Shown piece by piece: positions 1 to 7,859 of a stretch of 64,000 nt of DNA. Numbering within the stretch: the first letter of the stretch is position 1; each line of letters opens with the position of its first letter. The notes under the pieces were generated by a model. The model was given only the letters and a program-made list of their open reading frames with translations. It ran no database searches and was not told where the DNA came from. The stretch lies in the NCBI GenBank assembly GCA_964643545.1, contig CAZXTE010000001.1, positions 85,839 to 149,838 of the forward strand. The letters run 5' to 3'. A program made the position numbers and the translations under genes. This DNA is from an uncultured Candidatus Saccharibacteria bacterium (GTDB taxonomy: Bacteria > Patescibacteriota > Saccharimonadia > Saccharimonadales > AWTP1-31).

Positions 1-819
1 CCACGGTGTAATGGTCATAACCCCAGTACCAAACTTTGGGTCGACGGCTGCATCTTTGATAACGGTTGCCGTAACAGGGCCATTTATCCACTCGGCTTCA
101 AAGGTGTCCCCGTGCTTGTATTTCTTATAGCGTTTGTCGTTGGGGTGCATAACAACGTATTTATCACCAAACTTGGTCTCTGGGCGGGCGGTACTAATCT
201 GGAATGGTCCGTACTGGAAGGTATAGAATTTAGCCTTTTCTTCCTTACGCTCAACCTCGTCGTCGGCAATGGTGGTTTCGAGTTTTGGGTCCCAGTTCAC
301 AATACGGTGACCTCTGTAAATTAGGCCGTCGTTATACATTTTAGTGAAGGTTTCGTTTACGCATCTATTAAGCGCAGCGTCTAGGGTGTAGCGTTGCCTT
401 GACCAGTCGCAGCTCGCACCCATGGCACGCATCTGAGACACCATGGTATCTCTGCTGTCGCCCACAAACTCCTTAGTTCGGCGGAGAAACTCTTCCCTTC
501 CCACCTCGTGTTTATCGGTACCTTCGTCACTTAATTTTTTTTCGATGATTGCGTTAACGGGGAGTGCGGCGTGGTCGGTGCCCGGTAGCCACAAAACATC
601 TTTGCCGTTCATGCGTTGGTAGCGCGCCATGATATCTTGCAGTGTTAGAAAGAGCGCGTGCCCGATACTGAGCGTACCTGTTTCGTTCGGGGGTGGCATG
701 CTAATCGAGAAGCGTTCGGCTTTTCGCTCTGGATGGGCTTCAAATACTCCTGTTTTTTCCCACAGTGTGTAGATATCTTTTTCGTATTTATGTGCTTCGT
801 ATGCTTTTGATAATTTCAT
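1..819 (-). CDS. valS: valyl-tRNA synthetase, N-terminal 273 codons (gene runs off the window start)
   Basis: Frame is open from ATG at 819 to position 1; it is absent from the ORF track because it is open at the edge. My translation: MKLSKAYEAHKYEKDIYTLWEKTG...FSISMPPPNETGTLSIGHALFLTLQDIMARYQRMNGKDVLWLPGTDHAA...VDPKFGTGVMTITPW. This is the class I HIGH-type motif and ValRS-like context. SD AGAGGAA lies 5 nt upstream. Confidence 0.9.
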   Translation of the reverse strand, partial: MKLSKAYEAHKYEKDIYTLWEKTGVFEAHPERKAERFSISMPPPNETGTLSIGHALFLTLQDIMARYQRMNGKDVLWLPGTDHAALPVNAIIEKKLSDEGTDKHEVGREEFLRRTKEFVGDSRDTMVSQMRAMGASCDWSRQRYTLDAALNRCVNETFTKMYNDGLIYRGHRIVNWDPKLETTIADDEVERKEEKAKFYTFQYGPFQISTARPETKFGDKYVVMHPNDKRYKKYKHGDTFEAEWINGPVTATVIKDAAVDPKFGTGVMTITPW

Positions 820-1134
820 TCGATTCCTCTGTTAATGGTGTTTTCCGTATGGTATTTCTACACCACCACAGAGCGGATGCCGCCGCTTGGTACGTGTTGT
901 GATCTCGAAATCGGTTTCTGTGCACTCATCTTCCCTATCATACCACCTCTGTTTCATATACAAAATAACAGATACAAATTCACGTGAAAAGCATAAACAA
1001 AATCAAGAGTACTCTCTTTCAACTACCCACAACATTGCCTACTCATTTCTAGATTGTGGTGCAACCTGGCCGTAACCAGGCTGCACAATGTTTGTTTTCG
1101 TGTCCAGCATACGCCACCAAGCATAAGCGTGCAA
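820..1134 (-). promoter_or_regulatory. candidate long structured 5' leader of valS with a promoter-like element
   Basis: On the minus strand: TTGCAC (1134..1129), 17 nt, TATGCT (1111..1106). There is an 11-bp hairpin with a 6-nt loop at 1059..1086. A composite hairpin sits at 860..897 (ACAC-g-UACCA / UGGUG-GUGU enclosing AGCGG/CCGCU). The GGUGU segment could alternatively pair with ACACCA at 836..841, just upstream of the SD. Confidence 0.35.
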
Positions 1135-1298
1135 CATTGACAAAATACTTTAAATATGATAGTGTTGTGTTACTTAAAGAACAGACAAATATGACGGATA
1201 CGGATCAACTTGTACAGATTGTACAGACGGGAACGCGTGCCTACGAACTTATGGATCACCGGTTGGGCCAGCTGGTGAGCGGATGAAGGTTGACCATA

Positions 1299-2363
1299 CT
1301 ACATCGACAGGTTAGGGGCTATTTCTAGCGTATACGGGTCGGATGTCGGCTGATTGTGGATAGCCTTGAAGCAACCAAGGGTGGCAATCATAGCACCATT
1401 ATCTGTACATAGTTTTGGATCTGTGTAGGCAACTTCTATAGGTAGACGCTGGGACAATTGTCTTCGTAGCTTGGGGCTGGCTGCAACACCACCAGCAATG
1501 ACCACTGACTTGGGCTGGAACTCTTCGTAGGCTTGCATGGCTTTGTCGACGACTGTTTCTATGGCCACACGTTGGAAGCTGGCTGCAACATTGGCCTTCT
1601 GAGCGTCAGAAAGCAGCTCTGCCAGCTTAAAGCTAGGGAAGTCGTGACTTTTACCGCATTCAGCCTGAATAGCCCTTAAAACGGCTGTTTTTAGCCCAGA
1701 AAAGCTAAAGTCGTACTTGCCGGCCATTTTTGCTTTTGGAAACTGGTACGCAAAGGCGTCGCCGTGTTGTGCGAGTTTTCCAATACTCGGGCCGCCAGGG
1801 TAGGGGAGTCCTAAAACTTTGGCGACTTTGTCGAATGCCTCACCGATGGCGTCGTCGTGGGTTTGCCCCAAAAGACTATAGGTAAAATGATCCCGAAAGA
1901 GTGCGAGTTGGCTATGCCCGCCACTAACGATGAGGGCTAGAACGGGGAAGGCGGGTGGTTCTTTAGGCAGAGCATAGCCAGCCAGCGATGTTTCAGTTAA
2001 AAAGTTAGCATAAACGTGCGCCTCAACATGGTTTATGGCGTAGAGGGGTTTCTTTTTTGTGATCGCCAAGGTTCGGGCGGTCATTACCCCAACCAACAAG
2101 CAACCTCCTAGTCCCGCACCGTAGGTGACGGCAATTGCGTCAATGTCGTCCCAAGAGCACTTGGCGTCCGATAGAGCTTTCTTTATAGCTGGGGTGATAA
2201 ATTCTATGTGGCTGCGGGCGGCTATCTCTGGTACGACGCCACCATATTGGACGTGCAAATCCAGACTTGTAGACACGACATTGCTAACAAGGCGCTTACC
2301 ATCCTCGACAATAGCAACTCCTGTTTCATCGCAACTGGTTTCAATCCCTAAAACTCTCATCAA
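1299..2363 (-). CDS. tsaD: tRNA N6-adenosine threonylcarbamoyltransferase (Kae1/TsaD family)
   Basis: 354 aa. MRVLGIETSCDETGVAIVEDGK..., HIEAHVYANF and VSGGHSQL are typical TsaD/Gcp motifs. Confidence 0.93.
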   Translation of the reverse strand: MMRVLGIETSCDETGVAIVEDGKRLVSNVVSTSLDLHVQYGGVVPEIAARSHIEFITPAIKKALSDAKCSWDDIDAIAVTYGAGLGGCLLVGVMTARTLAITKKKPLYAINHVEAHVYANFLTETSLAGYALPKEPPAFPVLALIVSGGHSQLALFRDHFTYSLLGQTHDDAIGEAFDKVAKVLGLPYPGGPSIGKLAQHGDAFAYQFPKAKMAGKYDFSFSGLKTAVLRAIQAECGKSHDFPSFKLAELLSDAQKANVAASFQRVAIETVVDKAMQAYEEFQPKSVVIAGGVAASPKLRRQLSQRLPIEVAYTDPKLCTDNGAMIATLGCFKAIHNQPTSDPYTLEIAPNLSM

Positions 2364-2384
2364 AAGCCTAGTATACTAGAGTTA

Positions 2385-3746
2385 ATGGGTTTTCGTGATT
2401 TAGTCAAAAAGATCGTACCGGCTCGTCTGTTTCGGGAGATTGAGCCCTACGGCCATTGGGCAGAAGCAATTTTGGCGCAAGTTCGCTATGGCTTTCCGGC
2501 TCGAAAGCTAAAAATTATTGGTGTGACTGGCACGGATGGAAAGACCAGTACGTGCACATTGATCACGCAAATGTTGCGTGATGCGGGCTACAAGGTCGCT
2601 ATGGTTACGACAATTTCGGTTGATTACGGTGACGGTAAGGGTGAGCAACCAAACCCAACACGCCTGACAACGCTTGGGGCGTTTCCATTAGTGCGGCTAC
2701 TCAAGAAGGTGCAGGCAGGCAAAGCAGACTGGCTTGTGCTGGAAACAACCAGTCATGCGCTAGCGCAGCACAGAACGTGGGGTGTGCCGTATTCGGTTGC
2801 TGTTATGACCAATATTGGGCACGAGCACCTAGATTATCACGGAACATTCGAACGCTACCGAGACGCAAAAAAGATGCTCTTTACCCAGACAAATCGAAAT
2901 CGCAAGGGGCTACAAACTGGCATTGTGAATGGCGATGATCCAAGCGCAGCACTCTTTGCTAAAGAAGTGAAGCACAGCCTGGTCTATGGGATGAAAGAGG
3001 GCGATCTACTTGCCAAGAATGTGCAGTTGTCACCAAGCGGGAGTCGTTTTACGGTGCACATAAACGATGATTCCTATGAGATTGTTTGCCACTTACCAGG
3101 GAGTTTCAACGTCTATAATTCGCTGGCTGCAGTCGGGGTTGGGCATGTTGTGGGGCTGACCAAGGAACAAATCGAAAGAGGAATTGCATCATTGCAAGCA
3201 GTCGAAGGGCGCATGACGCGCGTAGACGAAGGACAAAACTTCGAAGTGATCGTAGATTATGCCCATACGCCAGAGAGTTTCGAAAAAGTGTTCAAGGAAT
3301 TACAGCCGGTAACCGAGGGTCGCATGATAGCAGTGTTCGGTAGTGCCGGGCGGCGCGATGAAGCCAAGCGTGCCAAACAAGGGGAAATTGCCGGCAAGTA
3401 CTGTGACATTGTCGTTGTGACCGAAGAAGATGATCGTGATATGGACGGTGAAGCAATTATGGAGCAGATCGCTAGTGGGGCAGAGCAGCATGGTAAAAAG
3501 AAAGATAAGAATCTTTTTCTTGTGCACAAACGAGAAGATGCTGTACAGAAAGCAATTGCCATGGCCAAAAAGGGAGATGTGGTACTACTTTTGGGTAAGG
3601 GGCACGAAAAATCCATCTTATCCAACGGCCCAAAAGCTGCCGAATTGCGTCATGAACTACAGAATGATACAGACCCAAAGAGGGTGATCAAACGACCCTA
3701 CGATGAAGTCGAAACAGTTCGGAATGTACTGAAATACGTGTTGTAA
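2385..3746 (+). CDS. murE: Mur ligase family protein, MurE-type (UDP-MurNAc-L-Ala-D-Glu amino-acid ligase) with a short N-terminal domain
   Basis: 453 aa. P-loop GVTGTDGKTST, ETTSHALAQHR, MTNIGHEHLDYHG and C-terminal GKGHE. The position of the mDAP-specificity DNPR motif reads EEDDRD, so the added amino acid is uncertain. Confidence 0.8.
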   Translation: MGFRDLVKKIVPARLFREIEPYGHWAEAILAQVRYGFPARKLKIIGVTGTDGKTSTCTLITQMLRDAGYKVAMVTTISVDYGDGKGEQPNPTRLTTLGAFPLVRLLKKVQAGKADWLVLETTSHALAQHRTWGVPYSVAVMTNIGHEHLDYHGTFERYRDAKKMLFTQTNRNRKGLQTGIVNGDDPSAALFAKEVKHSLVYGMKEGDLLAKNVQLSPSGSRFTVHINDDSYEIVCHLPGSFNVYNSLAAVGVGHVVGLTKEQIERGIASLQAVEGRMTRVDEGQNFEVIVDYAHTPESFEKVFKELQPVTEGRMIAVFGSAGRRDEAKRAKQGEIAGKYCDIVVVTEEDDRDMDGEAIMEQIASGAEQHGKKKDKNLFLVHKREDAVQKAIAMAKKGDVVLLLGKGHEKSILSNGPKAAELRHELQNDTDPKRVIKRPYDEVETVRNVLKYVL

Positions 3747-3819
3747 GTCGCGATGCAGGAGTGCACGAAGGCCTGGTCCGTATAGCAGACCCACACAAGA
3801 CCAGCCTACTCTATTCTAA

Positions 3820-4623
3820 TTATTGAGAGCTTCGTAATTCTAGCGTTAAACACTTAACACCACCGCCAGACTTTTGGTATTCAGATATTTCGCAGGGATG
3901 AAGGGTCATCCCCAGAGCTTGGTATTTAGCTATTAGTCCAGTCGCTTTTGCCGGTATGACTATGTTCTTACCATCGCTCATGGCGTTCAGGCCATAGGCG
4001 ACCGCATCTTCGTCGCTTGCTTCAATAACATTTGGAACAAGCTTATGAATTTGTTGCAACGACTCTTTCGTGAATGCTCCTGGGTAAAGCGCAACTGTAT
4101 CTTTACTGACAATGGTTAAAGCAGTGTCTAGGTGGTAGAACCGTGCATCGGCAAGCTGTAGGCTGACGACTTGCACGCCAAAAAAATCAGCCAGCTCGGC
4201 GTGTGCTGGCTTGTCAGTTCGCCAAGGGTAGCCCGCAAATAAGATGTCGTTCCAGAAAAGCGCATCGCCTTCACCTTCAAAGTCATATTTTGGGTTGTAT
4301 AGATCTTTGTAGCCGACTGAGCGGAACCAAGCCTCGAACTTAGCTGTTTCTGGCTGTCGATCTGGTTGTCGAAAGCGAGGAAGGGCTACTTTGCCATCGC
4401 GGAGCAGTGCGCCATTTGCGGTAAAGACCATATCTGGCAGACCGCTGGCTGGCTCGATAAGCTGCACATCCCAACCTAATTTTTCTGTATAGATTTTATA
4501 CAAATAATTCCATTGAACCGTCGCTTCGTGTTTGTTGACCTGGTTGTCGGTGTGCATCCAGGGGTTAATTTCGTACTCGATGTCAAAATGCTCTGGTGCG
4601 CACATTAGGATGTTTTTGCTCAT
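3820..4623 (-). CDS. amidinotransferase-fold (guanidino-group modifying) enzyme, DDAH/arginine-deiminase-like
   Basis: I chose the start at ATG 4623 (MSKNILMCAPEHFDIEYEINPWM...); the track ORF extends to 4719 without support. YHLDTALT and the C-terminal GGGVKCLTLEL provide the catalytic Cys context typical of this superfamily. Confidence 0.8.
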   Translation of the reverse strand: MSKNILMCAPEHFDIEYEINPWMHTDNQVNKHEATVQWNYLYKIYTEKLGWDVQLIEPASGLPDMVFTANGALLRDGKVALPRFRQPDRQPETAKFEAWFRSVGYKDLYNPKYDFEGEGDALFWNDILFAGYPWRTDKPAHAELADFFGVQVVSLQLADARFYHLDTALTIVSKDTVALYPGAFTKESLQQIHKLVPNVIEASDEDAVAYGLNAMSDGKNIVIPAKATGLIAKYQALGMTLHPCEISEYQKSGGGVKCLTLELRSSQ

Positions 4624-4689
4624 GTCTAAAAGTATAGCAATAAAAAAGGATTGATATTTAAGGCCAAAGGTGATATAATATGCCGAGTT

Positions 4690-5691
4690 ATGAGTGTTGT
4701 TTTCGCAGGTGAATCCCAAGAACTCGGACAGGCTTCGTTTGTTGACGCCCCCACTTCCTTTGATATTGCACGCGATGATGACATGAGGTTAGCGAACCCA
4801 GATCTAGCAGTACGTGTGAAGAGAATGGGCGAGAAGTCCCTTCTTTTAATTCGGGATCAGTTTGCTGCCGTTGATGAGGCTGGCCTGGTAGGCTCGTTTG
4901 TCGATGATGTTGAACTAGGTTCCGGACGTGACGAAAGTGCGCATGGGGTCTATTTTGGTCAACTTATTCTTGCTTCCGATAGTGACCATGAGCGCCCTGA
5001 GCTTGTTGCAATTAAACCCTACGGGCAAGATAAAAAGGGTGCTGTGCATGAACTTCTCATGAATTATCACTTAAACTCAAGAGATGCACAAAACCCCCGC
5101 AATAGAGCCTTTCAGCCACTAGGTTTACTTAGAGACGCGGACGGTGAATATGCGTTCATTACGCGGTATGAGCACGCTGTTACATCATACGACTCCATAC
5201 TCTGGGCCGATCCAGAACAAGAGTCGGACGCACTAACACCAAAGCGAATTTTAAAAGCTATCAGAGGTTCGGCTTTTGGGATTGGCCATATCCATGGATT
5301 AAGAGTTGCGCATGGTGATCCACAGGCGAAAAACCTGGGCAATGATAGTCACCAACCACGTTTTCTAGATCTAGAAGAAGCACGGATTTTTGCAACACGT
5401 GAAGATGGTAGCATCGACGAAGCGCTCGCTCGAGCTGCTGTTGATAGAGATTTAGAAATATTCCTCGACTCATGTTTTAGACGGCCAGAAAATGTTGAGG
5501 ACATCGCAGAAGTTATTATGGACAGTCCAAAAAGCATAGGAAGACTCTATCAGGGAGGCGTAAGACGGACGAGGTCGCTGGGTAGCCGAGCAATGTTGCC
5601 GGGGAATGTAATACCTACCGTGGACGACATAACGTCTATGGTAGACAAAGTAGTAACTGCCGAACTCGCGGCTATAGACCACGCTAGTTAG
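4690..5691 (+). CDS. hypothetical protein with protein-kinase-like fold motifs
   Basis: Start chosen at ATG 4690; the track start at 4651 is TTG. LVAIKPYG is a VAIK-like beta3 lysine. HGLRVAHGDPQAKNLG is an HxDxxxxN catalytic-loop-like motif. FLDLEEA follows about 15 aa later in a DFG-like position. Confidence 0.7.
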   Translation: MSVVFAGESQELGQASFVDAPTSFDIARDDDMRLANPDLAVRVKRMGEKSLLLIRDQFAAVDEAGLVGSFVDDVELGSGRDESAHGVYFGQLILASDSDHERPELVAIKPYGQDKKGAVHELLMNYHLNSRDAQNPRNRAFQPLGLLRDADGEYAFITRYEHAVTSYDSILWADPEQESDALTPKRILKAIRGSAFGIGHIHGLRVAHGDPQAKNLGNDSHQPRFLDLEEARIFATREDGSIDEALARAAVDRDLEIFLDSCFRRPENVEDIAEVIMDSPKSIGRLYQGGVRRTRSLGSRAMLPGNVIPTVDDITSMVDKVVTAELAAIDHAS

Positions 5692-5721
5692 TGTGAAGCG
5701 TGACAACAGGCTACAATTATC

Positions 5722-5751
5722 TTGACAGGCAAATTGGCGCTCCGCTATTAT
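5722..5751 (+). promoter_or_regulatory. sigma70-type promoter of groES-groEL
   Basis: TTGACA (5722..5727), 18 nt, TATTAT (5746..5751). Confidence 0.6.
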
Positions 5752-5763
5752 GAGTGCTGAAAG

Positions 5764-5790
5764 TTAGCACTCTAGTTATTAAAGTGCTAA
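5764..5790 (+). promoter_or_regulatory. CIRCE operator (HrcA-binding inverted repeat)
   Basis: TTAGCACTC-tagttatta-AAGTGCTAA, against the consensus TTAGCACTC-N9-GAGTGCTAA (one mismatch). It lies between the promoter and groES. Confidence 0.85.
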
Positions 5791-5821
5791 CGAAAAAGTG
5801 AACAGTAATGGAGGAAGTACT

Positions 5822-6091
5822 ATGGCACTAAACATCCAGCCAATGGCCGAATACGTAGTCGTACAGGCCGAAGAAGCACAAACTAAGACAGCAAGTGGCC
5901 TTTATCTACCAGGCAATGCACAAGAAAAGCCAAAAACAGCAAAAGTTGTTGCAGTTGGTAAGGAAGTAAACGAAGTTAAAGTGGGCGATCGCGTTATCTA
6001 CAAGAACGAATACGAAGCAACGAACGTAAAAGTCGGCAAAGACGAATACATTTTGGTATTCAAGAAAAATATAATCGCAACGGTTAAATAA
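5822..6091 (+). CDS. groES: co-chaperonin GroES
   Basis: Start at ATG 5822, preceded by GGAGGAAG. MALNIQPMAEYVVVQ...ASGLYLP...KVVAVG matches the GroES pattern. Confidence 0.93.
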   Translation: MALNIQPMAEYVVVQAEEAQTKTASGLYLPGNAQEKPKTAKVVAVGKEVNEVKVGDRVIYKNEYEATNVKVGKDEYILVFKKNIIATVK

Positions 6092-6102
6092 GGAGTAGAT
6101 CA

Positions 6103-7749
6103 ATGGCAAAAAAAGTATTTTATGACGATGATGCTCGACGCCGTGTGCTCGAGGGCGCAAAGATTTTATATGACGCCGTAAAGACAACCATGGGCCCCAA
6201 GGGTCGCAACGTTGTTATTGGCAAAAGCTATGGCAGCCCAACGGTTACACACGACGGTGTAACGGTAGCCAAAGATATCGATATTGCAGATGTTGACGAC
6301 GAAACGCTGGGCTACAAAGTAGGCGCCGAACTTATCAAACAAGCTGCAAACAAGATGAACGACGTTGCTGGTGATGGGACAACCACGGTAACCGTGCTGA
6401 CATTCCACATTTTGAACGAAGCCAACAAGCTTATTGCTGCTGGGCACAACCCAATGCAGCTGCGAAAAGGCCTAGAAGCGGCAGCTCACGATGTTATCAA
6501 AAAACTTGGCGGCATGTCAGAAGACATTAAGAGCAAGAAATCTCGTGTGGCCGAAGTCGCAACCATTAGTGCGGGTGACGCAGAGATTGGTAGCCTCATC
6601 GCTGATGTTATCGAAAAAGTCGGCAAAGACGGTGTTGTAACGGTAGAAGAAGGTCAAGGCCTGAGCCTAGAAAGCGAAGTAGTTGAAGGATTTACCATGG
6701 ATCGCGGTTTTGTGAGCCCGTACATGGTCACCGACACTGAGCGTATGGAAGCCGTCTACGACAAACCAGCTATTCTGATAACCGACAAAAAAATTAGCTC
6801 AGTCCAAGAATTTCTCCCCGTGCTCGAGAAGTGCGCGCAAGCAGGCAAGAAAGACCTTGTGATCATCGCCGAAGACGTAGAGGGCGAAGCGCTTGCTACG
6901 TTGGTGTTGAATAAGCTCAAAGGTGTCTTCAACACCGTCGCTGTAAAAGCCCCTAGCTTTGGCGACAAGAGGAAAGACCGCCTGCAAGACATTGCGGTCT
7001 TAACTGGCGGAACAGTTATCAGCGAAGAGCAGGGTACGGATTTTGAGGGCGTAGAACTAAACGACCTTGGCAACGCGCGCAAGATTATTGTCACCAAAGA
7101 CGAGACTACTATCATCGAAGGCGCAGGCCATGTTGCAGAAGTGAAAGACCGTATTTCTCAGATTACGGCACAGATTGCGAATGCGACCAGCGAATACGAC
7201 CGAGAAGACCTAGAAAAGCGTCGTGCAAGCCTAGAAGGCAAAGTTGCGGTCATTAAGGTTGGTGGTGCAACTGAAACTGAGATAGAAGAAAAGAAATATC
7301 GTGTAGACGACGCCGTTGCTGCCACCAAGGCCGCATTGGACGAGGGCATTGTTCCTGGCGGTGGTGTTACCCTCATCAACCTAGCTGGACATGTCAAAGT
7401 TGCTGGCCACGATTCGACTGCGGCTGGCGCAACCTTATTGCAGAACGCACTAGAACAACCTTTCCGTATTTTGCTAACCAATGCAGGGTTGAATGCTGAT
7501 GAATGGTTGCCACAGGTTAAGGCCGGTAAGTCAGGACAGGGCATAGATGTTAATAACCCAACGAAGTTGATCGATCTAAAAACTGCAGGCGTGATTGACC
7601 CAGTCCGTGTCACTAGAGAAGCCATTCAAAATGCCGTTTCTATTGCAGGGACAAGCATGACCATGGGTGCGCTCGTAACCGAGGTACCAGAAAAAGAATC
7701 TGCAGCACCTGCTGGCGGTATGCCCGGCGGTGGCATGATGGGCATGTAG
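6103..7749 (+). CDS. groEL: chaperonin GroEL
   Basis: 548 aa. AGDGTTTVTVL, GGGVTLI and the C-terminal GGMPGGGMMGM tail. Confidence 0.97.
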   Translation: MAKKVFYDDDARRRVLEGAKILYDAVKTTMGPKGRNVVIGKSYGSPTVTHDGVTVAKDIDIADVDDETLGYKVGAELIKQAANKMNDVAGDGTTTVTVLTFHILNEANKLIAAGHNPMQLRKGLEAAAHDVIKKLGGMSEDIKSKKSRVAEVATISAGDAEIGSLIADVIEKVGKDGVVTVEEGQGLSLESEVVEGFTMDRGFVSPYMVTDTERMEAVYDKPAILITDKKISSVQEFLPVLEKCAQAGKKDLVIIAEDVEGEALATLVLNKLKGVFNTVAVKAPSFGDKRKDRLQDIAVLTGGTVISEEQGTDFEGVELNDLGNARKIIVTKDETTIIEGAGHVAEVKDRISQITAQIANATSEYDREDLEKRRASLEGKVAVIKVGGATETEIEEKKYRVDDAVAATKAALDEGIVPGGGVTLINLAGHVKVAGHDSTAAGATLLQNALEQPFRILLTNAGLNADEWLPQVKAGKSGQGIDVNNPTKLIDLKTAGVIDPVRVTREAIQNAVSIAGTSMTMGALVTEVPEKESAAPAGGMPGGGMMGM

Positions 7750-7777
7750 CGACTCAGGAATCCTAAGTAGCTACAAG

Positions 7778-7810
7778 AAAAGACAGGAGTAGAAAGCTCC
7801 TGTCTTTTAT
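7778..7810 (+). terminator. rho-independent terminator after groEL
   Basis: aaaaGACAGGAG-tagaaag-CTCCTGTCtttt followed by at. The core stem is 8 bp, extendable to 12 bp with A/T pairs. Confidence 0.85.
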
Positions 7811-7859
7811 GCCTTTGCTCGCTTGTGTTTAAAGCCAAATACTTCTGTATGATTTAGTC

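Noticed and set aside
84-324. Track ORFs 84..269(-) and 112..324(+)
   Set aside because: These are shadow ORFs inside the valS reading frame, which is open to the window edge and has clear ValRS motifs.
887-1286. Track ORFs 887..1075(+) and 1056..1286(+) in the valS-tsaD gap
   Set aside because: They have no convincing RBS and give low-information products. The region is better explained as a structured non-coding leader. A 31-aa peptide from ATG 1191 cannot be excluded.
3747-3819. Possible bidirectional terminator between the convergent murE-like and amidinotransferase genes
   Set aside because: GGCCTGGTC...GACCAGCC can pair only with a bulge and a 20-nt loop, and it lacks flanking T/A runs. 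This is too weak to call.
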